DNA of 64,000 nucleotides from Pseudomonadota bacterium (GCA_039033215.1 JBCCDA010000005.1:3670-67669), one strand, 5' to 3'; shown: positions 39,438-53,098, numbered from the stretch's first letter. Numbers and translations: made by a program. The notes: a model not told the origin generated them from the sequence alone.

Positions 39438-40784
39438 TCACCATGCCCGCTTGAACCAGCGGAACATCTCGCCCGCCCGGCCCCGCGCGCCCGATGGCGG
39501 CGCCTCGAAATCCCAGAGCTCATCGTGCCGGCGCAGCGCATACATGGCCAGGCCGACGGCAGTGGAGTAGTCGGGGCCTGCCAGCGACTGGGGCAGGCCC
39601 GCGATCCGAAGCGGCCGGCCGATGCGCGGACGCCGCCCCAGAATGCGGGTCGCCATCTCGTCCACACCTTGCAGCTGGGCTGCCGCCCCCGTCAGCACGA
39701 GGCCCGAGCCCGGCATCGCATCGACGCCCAGGGAGACCAGTCGCGCGCGCACCATCTCGAGGATCTCCTCCATGCGCGGGCGGATGACGCCGATCAGCAT
39801 GCCGCGCGGGATCTGCCGCGCGCCGGGCGTGTCCTCCTCGCCCAGGCGTGGCGCCTCGATCATCTCGCGATCGTCCGAGCCCATTGGGATCACCCCGCCA
39901 TGCAGCGTCTTGATCCGCTCGGCCGTCTGGTGGCTGCACGAGAGCCCCGCGGCGATATCGGCGGTGACATGGCCGCCCCCGTAGCGCACCTGGTCGATGC
40001 ACATCAGGTGGTCACGCAGGTAGACTGCCAGTGACGTCCCGCCGCCGCCCATATCGATGCAGACGGCACCGGCACGCTGCTCGTCCTCGATCAGCGCGGC
40101 CATGGCCGAGGCATATGGCGCCGATACGACCCCGGCGAGATCCAGATCGCAGCGGCGCACGCATTCGATCACATCGGCCAGCGGCTGGGCATCGACCGTG
40201 AGCACATGGCACGCGACCGAGAGCGTCCGGGCCGTCATGCCACGTGGATCGGTGATGCCGCCCTTGTGGTCGACCGCGATCTCGCAGGGCTGCGCGTGCA
40301 GGATGCGCCGGCCAGGGCCCATCGGCGGTTCGGGGCACGAGGCGAAGGCCAGCGAGAGATCGCGATCCGTCACCTGCCCGGTCTCGGTTTCAACCTCGGC
40401 TTCGGTCATCGCGCTTTGCTGGCGCCCACCCGAGAACGAGACGATCACCTGATCGACACGGTCGATGCGCGGGGCGGCCATCCGCTCGGCATTCAGCAGC
40501 GCCAACCGGATCGCGCGGCAGGTCTCCTCCATGTCGATGATCTCGCCGCGACGTACGCCGCGGGCCTGCACCGTGCGTGCGCCCACGATTTCGATCGCAC
40601 CGAAGAGGCCGGTGCCGCGACCATCACGCAGGTCGGCCTCGGCGATCCGCTGGGGATCCAGCCGCAGCACGAGGCACGTGATCTTGGTCGAGCCGATGTC
40701 CAGCACGGCGAGACGCCCGCGCCGCATGCCGGCCTGCAGGCGCATCCGCATGGCGCGGTAGGTGTCGAGCGCGGCAAAGTTCAT
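39438..40784 (-). CDS. ftsA: Cell division protein FtsA
   Basis: LDIGSTKI, IDMGGG, AERIKT; position upstream of ftsZ. Confidence 0.95.
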   Translation of the reverse strand: MNFAALDTYRAMRMRLQAGMRRGRLAVLDIGSTKITCLVLRLDPQRIAEADLRDGRGTGLFGAIEIVGARTVQARGVRRGEIIDMEETCRAIRLALLNAERMAAPRIDRVDQVIVSFSGGRQQSAMTEAEVETETGQVTDRDLSLAFASCPEPPMGPGRRILHAQPCEIAVDHKGGITDPRGMTARTLSVACHVLTVDAQPLADVIECVRRCDLDLAGVVSAPYASAMAALIEDEQRAGAVCIDMGGGGTSLAVYLRDHLMCIDQVRYGGGHVTADIAAGLSCSHQTAERIKTLHGGVIPMGSDDREMIEAPRLGEEDTPGARQIPRGMLIGVIRPRMEEILEMVRARLVSLGVDAMPGSGLVLTGAAAQLQGVDEMATRILGRRPRIGRPLRIAGLPQSLAGPDYSTAVGLAMYALRRHDELWDFEAPPSGARGRAGEMFRWFKRAW

Positions 40785-41689
40785 GTGCGCTCCCCCGCCC
40801 CCGGCGTGGCCTGGCGAAGACGGTAGAGCTCGGCACCCTCTTCGGTCATGCGCACCACGGGCCGCTCGGCCAGACGCATGTCCACCAATGCGACATCACG
40901 CGACAGAAGCTCGGTCGAAAGATCCCAGGCGACGATCCGGTCCAGCGCCAGGGCAGGGTCGTCCTCGGGCAGCAGGAGCCGCTGGCCGCGGTCCAGCACA
41001 ATGTCCCAACGCCGGGCGCCAACATACACCAGTGCGCGCATCCGCGGCGCGATATCAGGCGCAGCCGCAATCAGGGCGAGCGCTTCGGGAACATGACCCG
41101 GCGCCGCGTCGCCCAGAAGAACCGGGAGCTCCGGGTACCCGGCCCGCGTCGCCGCAGGCGCCACGACCGCGCCGTCATCGCCCATCAGCCACATCCGGTC
41201 CTCTGCGTCGCGCCAGAGCACGACCGGTAACCGCTCGACCAATGAGATCCGCAACGTGCCGCTTGCGGCGAGGGCCACATGCGCGGTCTTCACGGGACCA
41301 AGCGCCTCGACCTCCGTCTTGACCGCGGCGACATCCAGCGAAAGCGAGGACAGCCCCGGCGTGATCGGCACCAGCTCCTCGATCCGCCGCGTCAGATCGA
41401 CCGACGCGCCGGTGACCGCAAGCCCGCGCACGGCGAACTCCGGCCGCGCCGACAGCGCGTCCATTGCCATACCGTGCGACTGGACCATCCAGCCCTGCAC
41501 CCGGGGGCTGATCGCAACCTGCCAACCCGCCAGCAAGACGACCGCCGCGGGCAGCACCGACAGGCCCAGGCGACGGACCCAGGGCCGCTTCCAGAGGCGT
41601 TCGATGCGATAGACGAACTGCGAGGGACCGGGACCCCGGCGGGACTCACTCAGCGGCCGCATGACGCGTCCTCCACCAACCAACTGCAA
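40781..41689 (-). CDS. ftsQ: Cell division protein FtsQ
   Basis: TM anchor, POTRA-like region, [15 protein letters not shown]; start uncertain. Confidence 0.9.
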   Translation of the reverse strand: MQLVGGGRVMRPLSESRRGPGPSQFVYRIERLWKRPWVRRLGLSVLPAAVVLLAGWQVAISPRVQGWMVQSHGMAMDALSARPEFAVRGLAVTGASVDLTRRIEELVPITPGLSSLSLDVAAVKTEVEALGPVKTAHVALAASGTLRISLVERLPVVLWRDAEDRMWLMGDDGAVVAPAATRAGYPELPVLLGDAAPGHVPEALALIAAAPDIAPRMRALVYVGARRWDIVLDRGQRLLLPEDDPALALDRIVAWDLSTELLSRDVALVDMRLAERPVVRMTEEGAELYRLRQATPGAGERT

Positions 41690-42564
41690 AGCTCTTCGAA
41701 AGTGATGCCCAGATGCGCCGCCTGTTCGGGCGCGAGCGAGGTGGGCGTCATCCCCGGCTGGGTGTTTGTCTCCAGCAGGATCAGCCCAGCCAGGCCCTTC
41801 GTGTCATCCCAGCGGAAGTCCGTGCGGCTGAGGCCACGGCAGCCCAGCGCTTGGTGGGCCGTGAGGGCGTGGTCGAGGCAGGCTTTTTCTATTTCGGCAG
41901 GGATGTCGGCGGGGACTTCGTGGCGCGAGCCGCCGTCGGCATACTTGGCGTGGTAATCGTACCAGCCCTGGGTGGCGATGATGTCCGTCACGGCCATGGG
42001 GCGGTCGCCCATCACGGCCACGGTCATCTCGCGCCCCGGCACGAAGCGCTCGACCATCAGGGTGTCGGCGGCTTCGGGGGCCAGCTGGGGCGGCGAGTTC
42101 GCCCCTTCCGCAACGATGTAGATTCCGACCGAGGAGCCCTCGTTGTAGGGCTTCACCACATAGGGCGGCGCCATGACATGGTCGCGGAGAATATCTTCGC
42201 GGGACGCCAGCAGCCCCTCGGCGATCGGCAGACCGTGCGAGGCGTAGAGGGCTTTCGTGCGTTCCTTGTCCATGGCGAGCGACGATGCCAGCACGCCCGA
42301 GTGGGTGTAGGGGATGCCCATCCACTCCAGCAGGCCCTGGACGCAACCGTCCTCGCCCCAGCGGCCATGCAAGGCATTGAAGACAACGTCCGGGCGCGCG
42401 TGACCGAGGGCCTGGGCAAGGTCGCGCCCCGCGTCCAGCTCCACCACCTCAAATCCGGCGCGCCGGAGTGCCCCCGCACATTCGGCCCCCGACACGAGCG
42501 ATACGTCCCGCTCGGCAGAGAGGCCCCCTTTAAGCACCACGACGCGGTTTGTCCTGCTCGACAT
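41650..42564 (-). CDS. ddl: D-alanine-D-alanine ligase
   Basis: [30 protein letters not shown]. Confidence 0.95.
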   Translation of the reverse strand: MSSRTNRVVVLKGGLSAERDVSLVSGAECAGALRRAGFEVVELDAGRDLAQALGHARPDVVFNALHGRWGEDGCVQGLLEWMGIPYTHSGVLASSLAMDKERTKALYASHGLPIAEGLLASREDILRDHVMAPPYVVKPYNEGSSVGIYIVAEGANSPPQLAPEAADTLMVERFVPGREMTVAVMGDRPMAVTDIIATQGWYDYHAKYADGGSRHEVPADIPAEIEKACLDHALTAHQALGCRGLSRTDFRWDDTKGLAGLILLETNTQPGMTPTSLAPEQAAHLGITFEELCSWLVEDASCGR

Positions 42565-42666
42565 GCCCGCGCTCTCAACACTATCCGTCCCCGGTTTAGG
42601 TGTCCCGCCGCGTTGCTGCATGAGGACCCGGCCCGGGTGATTCGGACTTCGGACGCTGTTGCGCCT

Positions 42667-43596
42667 CTAGTGCGGGACCTTAACCCCGATGCGCCGGATT
42701 TCCCAAACCAATTCGTGGCCCGACTGCGCTTTTACGCGGGCGCGGACCTCTTCGCCCAGGTCTTCGAGGTCGGCGGCGGTGGCTTCGCCCGTGTTCACCA
42801 GGAAGTTCGCGTGCTTGGGCGACATCTGGGCGCCGCCCTTGGTCAGCCCCCTACATCCTGCGTCCTCGATCAGTTTCCAGGCCTTGAGGTCCATCGGATC
42901 GTCCGTGGCACCGGTCGAGGAGTATCCGGCGGGATTGCGGAACGTGGACCCGCAGGAGCGGTCCTTGGTCGGCTGCGATGCCTCGCGCTTGGCGACGTAG
43001 TCGGCCATCAGCGCCTCGGACGTCGCCGGGTCCCCGGCACGGCCCTGCAGCGTGGCGGCGACGATGACGCTGTCGTCGGGGATGTCCGAGGCGCGGTAGG
43101 AAAAATCGACGGCCGTCACCTCGTGCACGGTTCCCTGCCGATCGACCAGGGTCACGCTGTGGAAGACATCCGCGAGGTAGCTGCCATAGCACCCCGCGTT
43201 CATCTTCACGGCACCGCCGATGGCACCGGGGATGGTCCGCAGGAACTCCAGACCCGCGATGCCTGCGGCGGCGGCCTTCCTGGCAACGGCGGAGTCCAGA
43301 ACCGCGGCGCCGACGCGCAGCCGGTGGCCCTCCAGGATCTCGACCCCCATGAACGCGCGACCCAGCTTGATCGCGACCCCGGGAAGCCCGCCGTCGCGGA
43401 TGATCAGGTTCGAGCATACCCCAAGCGGGGTCACCGGCACCTCCGCCGGGAGCGCCTTCAGGAAATCCGCCAGATCCGCGAGATCTGCGGGCTGGAACAG
43501 CCATTCCGCCGGTCCCCCGACCCTGAGCCACGTCAGCGGTGCAAGCGGGCGTTCCGGCGTGACCGAACCACGCGTCGGGGGGAGCGCGCTGATCAC
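42667..43596 (-). CDS. murB: UDP-N-acetylmuramate dehydrogenase
   Basis: [37 protein letters not shown]; GTG start overlapping permease stop. Confidence 0.95.
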   Translation of the reverse strand: MISALPPTRGSVTPERPLAPLTWLRVGGPAEWLFQPADLADLADFLKALPAEVPVTPLGVCSNLIIRDGGLPGVAIKLGRAFMGVEILEGHRLRVGAAVLDSAVARKAAAAGIAGLEFLRTIPGAIGGAVKMNAGCYGSYLADVFHSVTLVDRQGTVHEVTAVDFSYRASDIPDDSVIVAATLQGRAGDPATSEALMADYVAKREASQPTKDRSCGSTFRNPAGYSSTGATDDPMDLKAWKLIEDAGCRGLTKGGAQMSPKHANFLVNTGEATAADLEDLGEEVRARVKAQSGHELVWEIRRIGVKVPH

Positions 43597-44777
43597 GAGA
43601 GCACCCCCCAGCCAAATGCCGCGAGGGAGAGCAGCCCCCCAAACCACGGGACCCAGGTGGGGACCCAGCCATGCGAGGGGTCGCGACGGCGGAGCACGAT
43701 CAGGGCCGCGTTGATCGCCACGAAGACAGCCAGCAGCACCAGCGACGTGATCTCGGCCAGCGTGGCCAGGGGGGCTGTCAGCGCCAGCAGGATCGTGAGC
43801 GCCGCGGGGATCAGCGTGCCCAGCACGGGTGTCCCGAACCGGGGGTGGGCGCGGTGGAAGACGCGGAAGGCGGGTGCGAACCGGCCGAGGCCGAAGAGCA
43901 CCCGGGCCGACATCACGATCTGCGCCAGCACCCCGTTGAGCGCGGCGGCAACCGCGATCAGGGACAGGAAGGCAGCGCCCTGCCCCGTCGCCGTCTCGAA
44001 GACCAACGCCAGGGGCTTGTCCGACGCCCCCAACTCGGCCGCCGGCACGGTGCGCGAGGCCGCCCAGGCAACCAGGACATAGATCAGCGTGGTCAGCAGA
44101 AGCGCCGCGATGATGGCCCGCGGCATCGTGCGCGCGGGGTCTTTCGTCTCCTCGACCATGTTCACCATGTCTTCGAACCCGATGAACGCGAAGAAGGCGA
44201 GGATCGAGGCTGCCGCGATCGCCGAGAGGCCCACGCCCTCGACCGGGTTGGCGGCCAGCCCCTCGCCGCCCAGCCCCACCGCGATGACCAACAGCAGGCC
44301 GATCAGCTCGATCACCGTCAGGACCGCCGCGAACGCCAGGGACTCGATGACGCCCAGGATCGCCGCACCGGTCAGCAGCAGGCCCGCCGCGATGATCGCG
44401 AGCTCGCGGGGGATCGGGACGACCGACACCAGATACCCCGCGCCGCCCTGCAATACGGCGCCCGCGGAGATCACGCCGACGGCGGCCACCGCCAGCCCGA
44501 CCAGCGCCGCGATGGCGTCCGAGCCCGAGGCCGCGCGAACGTAAGCCGCCTCCCCGGCACTTTCCGGGATACGCGAGGACAGATCGGCATAGACCAGCGC
44601 CGTCGGCGCCGCGATCAACCCGGCCAGCAGGAACGTCGCCGGCGCCCATTCTCCGGTCTGGCCGGCGACCTGCCCGACGAGCACATAGATCCCCGCGCCG
44701 ATCATCACGCCGACCCCGTAGAGGGTCAGCAAACCGAACCCCAGGCGTCGCTTCAGCGTCGGTTCTGTCGCGCTCAT
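43593..44777 (-). CDS. APC-family amino acid permease
   Basis: [37 protein letters not shown]. Confidence 0.9.
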   Translation of the reverse strand: MSATEPTLKRRLGFGLLTLYGVGVMIGAGIYVLVGQVAGQTGEWAPATFLLAGLIAAPTALVYADLSSRIPESAGEAAYVRAASGSDAIAALVGLAVAAVGVISAGAVLQGGAGYLVSVVPIPRELAIIAAGLLLTGAAILGVIESLAFAAVLTVIELIGLLLVIAVGLGGEGLAANPVEGVGLSAIAAASILAFFAFIGFEDMVNMVEETKDPARTMPRAIIAALLLTTLIYVLVAWAASRTVPAAELGASDKPLALVFETATGQGAAFLSLIAVAAALNGVLAQIVMSARVLFGLGRFAPAFRVFHRAHPRFGTPVLGTLIPAALTILLALTAPLATLAEITSLVLLAVFVAINAALIVLRRRDPSHGWVPTWVPWFGGLLSLAAFGWGVLS

Positions 44778-44805
44778 GGTTGCCGTTCTACCACAAGCCG
44801 GCGGA

Positions 44806-45042
44806 TCACTTCTTCTTTCCCGCACCGACCAGGATGAAGACGCCAAAACCGATGGCGCCGCCTATCAGTATCTCCTGTCCCGCTGCACCAAAGGCCGAAG
44901 CGGCAGTTGCGATCCCGACGGCGAGGACGGCCGTGACGGCGGTCTCCATCAGTTTCCGGCCACCGGAGGTCTCGCGCCCGGGGGGGAAGACCCGCGACAT
45001 GCCGAACATCAGCACGAAGATGCCAAGAGCCATGATCGCCAT
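44806..45042 (-). CDS. Small 3-TM hypothetical protein
   Basis: 78 aa hydrophobic ORF resembling its upstream neighbour. Confidence 0.55.
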   Translation of the reverse strand: MAIMALGIFVLMFGMSRVFPPGRETSGGRKLMETAVTAVLAVGIATAASAFGAAGQEILIGGAIGFGVFILVGAGKKK

Positions 45043-45076
45043 GGCTCAGTCGCGTCCCTGCGCCGAGCCCGCCGCT

Positions 45077-45355
45077 TCAGGTCGGATCATTGTCACTCTC
45101 CCCGTCCTCGGTGCGCGGGTACATCTTGCGATCGACAAGCAGGAAGATGACGAACCCGCCCACCAGGCCGATCGCGACCTGGACCATCGTCGCACCCAAC
45201 ACGAGCGCGGTGATCGCAAGGACCGCAGCGACCCCGTTGACGAACAAACCCTCGGCAAAGCCGCGCCCCAATGGGCGGCCCTTGGCCTTGGGGAACATCT
45301 GCCGCCCTGCCAGCATGATGGCCAGCATCCCCACCATGATGGCCACGATCATCAT
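45077..45355 (-). CDS. Small 3-TM hypothetical protein
   Basis: 92 aa; ATGA overlap with murC stop. Confidence 0.6.
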   Translation of the reverse strand: MMIVAIMVGMLAIMLAGRQMFPKAKGRPLGRGFAEGLFVNGVAAVLAITALVLGATMVQVAIGLVGGFVIFLLVDRKMYPRTEDGESDNDPT

Positions 45356-46767
45356 TCGGCGGCTGCCTGCGTCGCCAGCGCCCCGGGCAGCGCGTTCACC
45401 CATGTCGTGATCGTGCCCGCGCCAAGTCCGACGACCAGATCGCCGGGCTGGGCGTGTGCCGCCACGAACGCGGGCAAATGCTCCTCGCCCTTCAGCGCGT
45501 GCGCCGAGCGGTGGCCGTGCGCGCGCAACCCCCCGACCAGCGCGTCCCGCGACACGCCCTCGATAGGCTCCTCCCCCGCCGCATAGACATCCGCGATGGC
45601 GACGACGTCCGCATCGTTGAAGCAGGCGCAGAAATCCTCGAACAGATCGTGCAGCCGCGAGTATCGGTGCGGCTGGTGCACCGCGATCACTTGGCCTTCC
45701 GTCGCCGCGCGGGCGGCTTTCAGGACCGCCGCGATCTCGACCGGGTGGTGGCCATAGTCATCGATGATGGTCGCCCCGTTCCACTCTCCGACCTTGGTGA
45801 AGCGCCGCTTGACCCCTTCGAAGGCGGCGAGCCCGTCGCGCAGCACCTCCATCGGGATCTTGAGCTCACGCGCCGCCCCGATCGCGGCCAGCGCATTCAG
45901 GACGTTGTGCTCGCCGGGGATGGCGAGGGTGAAGCCCTCGAACCGCTCCTCTGGGTCGCCGCGCACGACGACATCGAAGCGCATCGCCCCGTCCTGGTAG
46001 CGCACGTCCTCGGCCCGCAGGTCCGCCTGGCGCGAGAACCCGTAGGTCACGACCTTGCGGTCGGTGACGCGCCCGATCAGCGTCTGCACACCGGGATGAT
46101 CGATGCAGGCGACCAGGGCGCCGTAGAAGGGGATGTTCGACGCGAACGCCTCGAACCCGTCAAAAAGCGCATCGACGGTGCCGTAGTGGTCCATGTGCTC
46201 GGGGTCGATATTGGTCACGATGCCGACGGTTGCGGGCAGCTTGACGAAGGTGCCGTCGCTCTCGTCGGCCTCGACCACCATCCAGCGGCCCTCGCCCTTG
46301 CGGGCGTTCGAGCCGTAGGACTGGATGATGCCACCGTTGATGACCGTGGGATCCTCGCCGCCCGCATCCAGCAGGGCCGCCACGAAGGAGGTGGTCGTGG
46401 TCTTCCCGTGCGTGCCCGCGACCGCGATGTTGGACTTGAGCCGCATCAGCTCGGCCAGCATCTCGGCCCGGCGCACGACCGGCAGGGCCCTGGCCCGGGC
46501 GGCATCCAGCTCCGGGTTGCCCCGCTTGATCGCGGTCGAGATCACCACGACCTCGGCGTCGCCTAGGTTGTCCGCCGTCTGCCCGATATGCACGGTCGCG
46601 CCCAGTTCGCGCAGGCGGGTGACGATCGGGCTTTCACGCAGATCCGAGCCCTGGACCGTGTAGCCGAGATTGAGCATCACCTCCGCGATCCCCGACATGC
46701 CGATCCCGCCGATGCCGACGAAGTGGATCGCGCCAATGTCGAGCGGCAAAGCGGTGGGTGCGTTCAT
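45352..46767 (-). CDS. murC: UDP-N-acetylmuramate-L-alanine ligase
   Basis: [31 protein letters not shown]. Confidence 0.97.
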   Translation of the reverse strand: MNAPTALPLDIGAIHFVGIGGIGMSGIAEVMLNLGYTVQGSDLRESPIVTRLRELGATVHIGQTADNLGDAEVVVISTAIKRGNPELDAARARALPVVRRAEMLAELMRLKSNIAVAGTHGKTTTTSFVAALLDAGGEDPTVINGGIIQSYGSNARKGEGRWMVVEADESDGTFVKLPATVGIVTNIDPEHMDHYGTVDALFDGFEAFASNIPFYGALVACIDHPGVQTLIGRVTDRKVVTYGFSRQADLRAEDVRYQDGAMRFDVVVRGDPEERFEGFTLAIPGEHNVLNALAAIGAARELKIPMEVLRDGLAAFEGVKRRFTKVGEWNGATIIDDYGHHPVEIAAVLKAARAATEGQVIAVHQPHRYSRLHDLFEDFCACFNDADVVAIADVYAAGEEPIEGVSRDALVGGLRAHGHRSAHALKGEEHLPAFVAAHAQPGDLVVGLGAGTITTWVNALPGALATQAAAE

Positions 46768-46863
46768 GTCTATCCTCCTGGATTTGGAGCGCGGAGCTAT
46801 CAGCCAGCGCCCAGACGGGCAAGACAGCCGGGGCCCCTACGCAAACTTTCCTGCGGCCACGGC

Positions 46864-47964
46864 CTAGCGCCGGGCGACCTCTTCGACCAGATCGGCAAGC
46901 CGCTCCGCCGCATCGGGCATGCCCAGCGACAAGGCAGCCTCGGCCATGCGGATCGCCAGATCAGGCTCGCTCAGGATCGACTCGACGGTCGAGCCCAGCG
47001 TGTCCGCATCAAATTCATCCTCGCGGAGCATGATCGCAGCGCCGCGCTCGACAAGGCCCCTGGCATTCGCCTCCTGCTCGCCACGCTTGGCGATCGCCAG
47101 AGGCACCAGGATCGACGGCCGCCCAATCGCCGCAATATCAGCCACCGACGAGGCACCGGACCGCGAGACGATCAGCTGCGCCTTCATCATCCGGTCGGCG
47201 ACGTCGTGGAAGAAGGGCTGCACGTCCGCCCGGATCCCCGCGTTTGCATAGGCCTGGACGACCTCATCGTGGTCGGCATCGCGCGCCTGATGTGAAACGG
47301 TGAGGCGGCCACGCAGATCCTCCGGCAGGCCCGCGAGTGCTCCGGGCACCACCCGCGACAGGAGTGAGGCGCCCTGGCTGCCGCCGATCACCAGCACATC
47401 CATCGGCCAGTCGCCGGGCGGCGTGTATTCGTAGGCCGCACGTTCGAGCACCGATCCCCGCAAGGGATTGCCGGTATGGGTGCCGGTCACCTCCTCGGGC
47501 AGCGCGGTCGGCCAGGTGCCACAGGCCAGGGCATCAACGCGCGTGGCAAAGAGCTCGTTCACCCGGCCCAGCACCCCGTTCTGCTCGTGGATCAGGCGGG
47601 GCAGCTTCAGCAGATAGGCCGCCGCCAGTGCCGGGAACGCGGGATAACCGCCAAAGCCTGCCACGCAGGCCGGGCGGTCGCGCCAGAACGTCCACGTCGC
47701 CATGATCACGCCGGCGGTGATCTGGAACGGCGCCAGGATCTTCGAGAGCGTGCCCGCCCGCTGGGTGGTGCCCGCCGCGACAACGCGCCGCCGCACGCTT
47801 TCGGGGAAGCCACCCGCGTAGCGCGCGCCGCGATCGTCGGTCGACAATGCGACACGCCAGCCGCGCGTCAGCATCGTCTCGGCCAGCGCCTGGGCGGGGA
47901 ACATGTGCCCGCCCGTGCCGCCTGCCGCAATGACCAGAAGGGGCTGGCTCATGGATGTGCTCAT
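46864..47964 (-). CDS. murG: Lipid II GlcNAc transferase
   Basis: [26 protein letters not shown]. Confidence 0.96.
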   Translation of the reverse strand: MSTSMSQPLLVIAAGGTGGHMFPAQALAETMLTRGWRVALSTDDRGARYAGGFPESVRRRVVAAGTTQRAGTLSKILAPFQITAGVIMATWTFWRDRPACVAGFGGYPAFPALAAAYLLKLPRLIHEQNGVLGRVNELFATRVDALACGTWPTALPEEVTGTHTGNPLRGSVLERAAYEYTPPGDWPMDVLVIGGSQGASLLSRVVPGALAGLPEDLRGRLTVSHQARDADHDEVVQAYANAGIRADVQPFFHDVADRMMKAQLIVSRSGASSVADIAAIGRPSILVPLAIAKRGEQEANARGLVERGAAIMLREDEFDADTLGSTVESILSEPDLAIRMAEAALSLGMPDAAERLADLVEEVARR

Positions 47965-49118
47965 ACCTGCCGCCCGGGCATCTCGCCAGAGGACCTGAGC
48001 CGCGTCATCACCAGAAGCGCGCCGATGACGATGGCCCCCGCCAGCATGGACGAGCCGCCGTAGGAAATGAAGGGCAGCGTCATCCCCTTGGCCGGGAGCA
48101 GCCGGATCGCAACCGCAAAGTTCACGAAGGCCTGCAGCCCGAAGAGCGTCGCCATCCCCGTACCTGCGAGGCGGATGAAGGGATTGCGCTCCTCGACCAG
48201 AAGGCTGAGCGCCCGGATGGTGATGAGGAGATAAATTCCAATGATCAGAAGCGTCATCAGCAGCCCGAACTCCTCGGCCGCGACCGCGACGATGAAATCG
48301 GTATGCGCATCCGGCAGCGCCCATTTGACCTGTCCCTGGGCGGCGCCAACGCCGAAGAGCCCGCCCTCCCGGATTGCTGACTGGGCGTAGGCGAGCTGGC
48401 TGTGCGGGTCGACCCCCTCGGCAAGGTATCCGTCGATGCGCCGCGCGACGTGCTCGGACGAGGTATAGGCCATGGCCCCCGCGCCCGCGACAAGTGCCGC
48501 AAACCCCACCAGCAGCAGGATCGGCGCACCGGAGGCGAACAGCATCACCGCCCAGACGCTGAGCACCAGCATCGCCTGTCCGAAGTCCGGCTGCATGGCC
48601 AGCATGACTGCGATCCCTGCAACGAAGATGGCCGAGATCGTGCGCCCCGGCGGGCCCGAGCGCTCCATCGCGCCAGCCATCAGCCAGGCGGCGAAGACGA
48701 CGAACCCTGGCTTCAGGAACTCGGACGGTTGCAGCGAGGCGAACCCCAGCGAGTACCAGCGCACGGCCCCTTTCCCGAAGTCGGTCCCCAACCAGGGCAG
48801 CAGCGCGGTCGCGGCCAGTGCGGCGAAGAACACCAGGATCCCGGCACGCCGGAGCACCGGCAGGCTGAGCATCGAGATGAACACGATCAGCCCGACGGCC
48901 ATGGCCGCGAACACCAGGTGGCGGGCGACATAGTGATACGTCCAGAGCCCGTTCTTCTCGGCAAGCGGCGGCGAGGCCGCGAGCCCGAGAATGATGCCCA
49001 CGGCGAAGAGCGCCACGATGGCGGCCAGTGTCCAGCGGTCGACCGAGCCCCACCAGTTGCCCACGACCGAGCCCTGGGGGCGTTGCATCATCAGCGAGCG
49101 GAAGGTGATCTCGGTCAT
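47961..49118 (-). CDS. ftsW: Peptidoglycan polymerase FtsW
   Basis: [29 protein letters not shown]. Confidence 0.95.
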   Translation of the reverse strand: MTEITFRSLMMQRPQGSVVGNWWGSVDRWTLAAIVALFAVGIILGLAASPPLAEKNGLWTYHYVARHLVFAAMAVGLIVFISMLSLPVLRRAGILVFFAALAATALLPWLGTDFGKGAVRWYSLGFASLQPSEFLKPGFVVFAAWLMAGAMERSGPPGRTISAIFVAGIAVMLAMQPDFGQAMLVLSVWAVMLFASGAPILLLVGFAALVAGAGAMAYTSSEHVARRIDGYLAEGVDPHSQLAYAQSAIREGGLFGVGAAQGQVKWALPDAHTDFIVAVAAEEFGLLMTLLIIGIYLLITIRALSLLVEERNPFIRLAGTGMATLFGLQAFVNFAVAIRLLPAKGMTLPFISYGGSSMLAGAIVIGALLVMTRLRSSGEMPGRQV

Positions 49119-50500
49119 CGGGCGTCCTCCTGGAGGCGTTCGACGGCCGCGCGAAAGGCGTCTCCCCGCGCCTCGAAGCTGGGGAACTGATCGAAGCTGG
49201 CGCAGGCGGGCGAGAGCAGCACAGTCTCCCCGGGCTCGGCATCCGCGTGGGCCGCGGCCACCGCTGCCGCCAGCGTGCCGGTCACCTGATGGGGCGCATC
49301 GCCCAGCGTGGCCGCGAAGGCCTCGGCCGCCTCCCCGATCAGGTAGGTTTTTGCGACCCGCCCAAGGAGAGGTACAAGCGGCGCAATGCCGCCCTCCTTG
49401 GGCAGGCCTCCCGCAATCCACCGGATGCGGTCGTAGCTGAGCAGCGCCTTCTCGGCGGCGTCTGCATTCGTGGCTTTCGAGTCGTTGACGTAAGCGGCGC
49501 CCGCGATCTCGGCGATCTTCTCCATCCGGTGCGCAAGGCCCGGGAAGGTCGTCAGCGCGGGCTCGATCTGGCGCGGGTTGAGACCCACCGCCCGGCACGC
49601 CGCATAGGCCGCGCAGGCGTTCTGGTGGTTGTGCGCACCGCGCAGCGCCTCGGCATCGCGCAGGTCGATGGCGGCGATCTGCTTGCCCCGCCATTCGGTC
49701 AGGTGGCTCTTGTTCATGAAGACCGACCGGCCATCGCCGCGCAGGCGGGTCGTCGCGGAGATCAGCGTCGGCCGGGCAACGATGCTGGCAAGATACCGCC
49801 CCTCGGTCTCGTCGACACCGATGATGGTCGTCTCCGGCGCCCCCGCCTCGAACAGCCGCCGCTTGGCCGCGAAGTAGCCGCCCATGCCACCATGCCGGTC
49901 CAGGTGATCCAGCGAGAGGTTCAGGAAGACGGCGATGTCCGGCGCCAGCGTCCGCGCGAGCTCGATCTGGTAGGACGACAGCTCCAGCACCACGATCTCG
50001 CCCGCCCCCGGCGGCGCCAGATCCAGCACGCCACGTCCGATGTTGCCGCCCATCTGTGTGGGCCGCCCGGCGTGGCTGAGGATGTGGTGGATCAGCGCCG
50101 TGGTGGTCGACTTGCCGTTCGATCCCGTGACTGCGATGACCTGCGGCCAAGGGGCCTCGTCGTCCTCGGGCTCCACATCCGCGAGCGCCGCGAAGAACAA
50201 CCCCACGTCGTTGTCGACGGGGATGCCGTTGTCCCAGGCGCGCTGCACGGCCTTGTGTGGTTCGGGGTAGAGGTGCGGGATCCCGGGCGAGACGATCAGG
50301 GCGTCGAGGTCGGCAGCCTCCCGTTCGCGGGTGAGATCAGCGATCTCGAAGTCTTCGGCAGCACTGCGGCTGTCCTCGCGGTCATCCCAGCAAACGGGGA
50401 TGGCCCCGCCAGCCCTCAGAGCCCGGGCCGTGGCCAGGCCCGAGCGCCCGAGGCCAAGGACCCCGACCCGCTGGCCTTCGTATGCGGTCACGGGGATCAC
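49115..50500 (-). CDS. murD: UDP-MurNAc-L-Ala-D-Glu ligase
   Basis: [33 protein letters not shown]. Confidence 0.96.
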   Translation of the reverse strand: MIPVTAYEGQRVGVLGLGRSGLATARALRAGGAIPVCWDDREDSRSAAEDFEIADLTREREAADLDALIVSPGIPHLYPEPHKAVQRAWDNGIPVDNDVGLFFAALADVEPEDDEAPWPQVIAVTGSNGKSTTTALIHHILSHAGRPTQMGGNIGRGVLDLAPPGAGEIVVLELSSYQIELARTLAPDIAVFLNLSLDHLDRHGGMGGYFAAKRRLFEAGAPETTIIGVDETEGRYLASIVARPTLISATTRLRGDGRSVFMNKSHLTEWRGKQIAAIDLRDAEALRGAHNHQNACAAYAACRAVGLNPRQIEPALTTFPGLAHRMEKIAEIAGAAYVNDSKATNADAAEKALLSYDRIRWIAGGLPKEGGIAPLVPLLGRVAKTYLIGEAAEAFAATLGDAPHQVTGTLAAAVAAAHADAEPGETVLLSPACASFDQFPSFEARGDAFRAAVERLQEDAR

Positions 50501-50600
50501 GAAACGCACCCGTCGCAGCAGCCGCCGGAAAGACGCGCCGGGGCGACCGAGCAGTCTGCGCGTCGCTGCGACAGCGCGCGCGAAATGGCGGGTCCGGTGG

Positions 50601-51683
50601 TCATCTTACCTTCAGGCTTGCCAGACCGATCAGCGCCAGGATCAATGCGATGATCCAGAAGCGGATCACGATGGTGGGCTCGGCCCAGCCCTTCTTCTCG
50701 AAATGGTGGTGGATCGGCGCCATGCGGAAGACGCGCTTGCCGGTCAGCTTGAACGAGGCCACCTGGACCATCACGCTGACCGCTTCCAGGACGAAGAGCC
50801 CGCCGATGATCGCCCAGACGATCTCGTGCTTGGTCGCGACCGCGATCGCGCCCAGACAGCCCCCAAGTGCCAGCGAGCCGGTATCGCCCATGAACACCAT
50901 CGCAGGCGGCGCGTTGTACCACAGGAACCCCAACCCCGCCCCGATGAGCGCTGCGGTGACCACGGCGATCTCGCCGGTGCCGGGGACGTAGTGGACGCCC
51001 AGATATTCGGTGAAATCCGTGCGCCCGACGACATAGGCGATCGACCCCATCGACGCGGCGGCGATCATCACCGGCATGATGGCGAGCCCGTCCAGCCCGT
51101 CAGTCAGGTTCACTGCGTTGGCACTGCCGACGATCACCAGCATCGCGAACGGGATGAACACCACACCGGCCGTAATCAGCGTGTCCTTGAAGATCGGCAC
51201 AGCAATGGCGCTCTGCAGCCCTTCAGGCTGGTTCGAGGCCATGTACCACGATGCCGCAAAGGCGATCACGAAGCCGATCAGAAGACGCAGCGTGCCCGAC
51301 AGCCCCTTGTTGTCGGACTTCTTCACCTTGTTGAAATCGTCGGCGAAACCGATCAGCCCGAAGCCCAGCGTCACCGCCAGCACCGACACCACGAAGGCAT
51401 TGTCGAGCCGAGCCCAGATCAGCGACGAAATCACGAGCCCGCCCAGGATCAGCACGCCACCCATCGTGGGGGTGCCGGCCTTGGACTGATGCTGCTCGGG
51501 CGCGTCCTCGTAGATCGGCTGGGCACCGCCCATGACGCGCAGCTTGTTGATCAGGGGCCGTCCGAAGATGAACGCGAACAGCAGCGCGGTCAGGAACGCG
51601 CCCCCCGCCCGGAAGGTGATGTAGCGAAACAGGTTGAAGACGTCGCCGCCGTCGGACAAGGGAACAAGCAACTCGTACAGCAT
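50601..51683 (-). CDS. mraY: Phospho-MurNAc-pentapeptide transferase
   Basis: [32 protein letters not shown]. Confidence 0.97.
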   Translation of the reverse strand: MLYELLVPLSDGGDVFNLFRYITFRAGGAFLTALLFAFIFGRPLINKLRVMGGAQPIYEDAPEQHQSKAGTPTMGGVLILGGLVISSLIWARLDNAFVVSVLAVTLGFGLIGFADDFNKVKKSDNKGLSGTLRLLIGFVIAFAASWYMASNQPEGLQSAIAVPIFKDTLITAGVVFIPFAMLVIVGSANAVNLTDGLDGLAIMPVMIAAASMGSIAYVVGRTDFTEYLGVHYVPGTGEIAVVTAALIGAGLGFLWYNAPPAMVFMGDTGSLALGGCLGAIAVATKHEIVWAIIGGLFVLEAVSVMVQVASFKLTGKRVFRMAPIHHHFEKKGWAEPTIVIRFWIIALILALIGLASLKVR

Positions 51684-53098
51684 CACGCCACTCCATCTAC
51701 ATCTTGTGCCGAGACAGCGCCCAACTGCTTGATCGTGTCCACGACCACGGCCATTTTGGCGCCGAGCGAGCCCTTGACCATGACCGTGTCGCCCGGGTCA
51801 AGCTGTTTCCCGATTTGGGCGGCCAGCGCCGCCGAGTCCTCGGCCCAGATGCCCCGGCGCGCAGCCGGCAAGGCATCGAATAGGTGACGCATGCGCGGCC
51901 CGCAGCAGTGAACCCGATCGATCATGTCGATGGCTGCATTGCCCGCCATCCTGGCGTGGCGATCGTTCTCGGTCGGGCCGAGCTCGAGCATATCCCCCAG
52001 GACGGCAATCCGACGGTCGGCAGCACGATCGGCCGCCAGGACCGCCAGCGCGGCCCCGAGTGCGGCCGGGTTGGCATTGTAGCTTTCGTCCAGGAGCGTG
52101 ATCTCGCCGTCAGTGCCGCCCGGGCCAAGCGCGATCGTCAGCCGCGCGCCCCGGCCGGACGGCGGTGTCCAGGTGGCCAGATCCAGCGCCGCACGGGCGA
52201 GATCGACGCCTGCCGCCTCGGCTGCGGCAAGGGCACCCAGCGCGTTCAGCGCGAAGTGCACCCCGGGCGAGGCGATCTTGAAGGTCAGCGGTGCACCGTG
52301 GATCTCCGCAGCGATGACCGTCGCCATGGCCGTCGGCACAGCCTCGACCAGCCGGTACGCCTCCGCCGCCCTGCCGAAGGCCACGATGTGGTTGGGGTGG
52401 GCGGCTTCGGAGAGGCGCCCGAAATAGGGGTTGTCCGCGTTCAGGACCGCGGTGCCGCCGGGCTCCAACCCGTCGAAGATCTCGGCTTTCGCATCGGCGA
52501 TTGCCTCGACCGTGCCGAGGCTTTCCAGATGCACGGCTTCGACCGTCGTGATCAGCGCGACATGGGGGCGCGCGAGTTGCGACAGTGGTGTGATCTCGCC
52601 GGCGTTGTTCATGCCAATCTCAATCACCGCATACTCGGTGTCGGCGGGCATCCGCGCCAGCGTCAGCGGCACGCCCCAGTGGTTGTTGAAGCTGCGGGTC
52701 GCGGCATGGGTGCGCCCCTGCCCCGCCAGCATCCTCGCCAGCATGTCCTTGGTGGATGTCTTCCCGACCGAGCCGGTGACGCCGATCACCCGCGCCCCGG
52801 TCCGGGCCCGCCCAGCTGCCCCGAGACGGCCAAGCGCGTCGAGCGTGTCACCGACGACCAGGAGGGGCGCACCCTCGGGCACATCATCGGGCACGTGGCT
52901 CACCATCGCAGCACCTGCCCCGGCCGCCAGCGCCTGGCCGACATAGACGTGGCCGTCGTGGCTGATGCCCTCGAGCGCCACGAAGAGATCGCCCGGCGCC
53001 AGCTCGCGCGTGTCGATGGAGACGCCCGAGACGCCCTCCCACCCGGTCGCCGTACCGCCGGTTGCCGCCATGGCATCATGCGCGGTCCAGAGCGTCAT
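51683..53098 (-). CDS. murF: UDP-MurNAc-tripeptide-D-Ala-D-Ala ligase
   Basis: [32 protein letters not shown]. Confidence 0.96.
   Translation of the reverse strand: MTLWTAHDAMAATGGTATGWEGVSGVSIDTRELAPGDLFVALEGISHDGHVYVGQALAAGAGAAMVSHVPDDVPEGAPLLVVGDTLDALGRLGAAGRARTGARVIGVTGSVGKTSTKDMLARMLAGQGRTHAATRSFNNHWGVPLTLARMPADTEYAVIEIGMNNAGEITPLSQLARPHVALITTVEAVHLESLGTVEAIADAKAEIFDGLEPGGTAVLNADNPYFGRLSEAAHPNHIVAFGRAAEAYRLVEAVPTAMATVIAAEIHGAPLTFKIASPGVHFALNALGALAAAEAAGVDLARAALDLATWTPPSGRGARLTIALGPGGTDGEITLLDESYNANPAALGAALAVLAADRAADRRIAVLGDMLELGPTENDRHARMAGNAAIDMIDRVHCCGPRMRHLFDALPAARRGIWAEDSAALAAQIGKQLDPGDTVMVKGSLGAKMAVVVDTIKQLGAVSAQDVDGVA

Noticed and set aside
42667-50150. Apparent N-terminal fusions on murB, murG and ftsW in the ORF track
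   Set aside because: Extensions overlap upstream genes in another frame; true starts sit at stop/start overlaps
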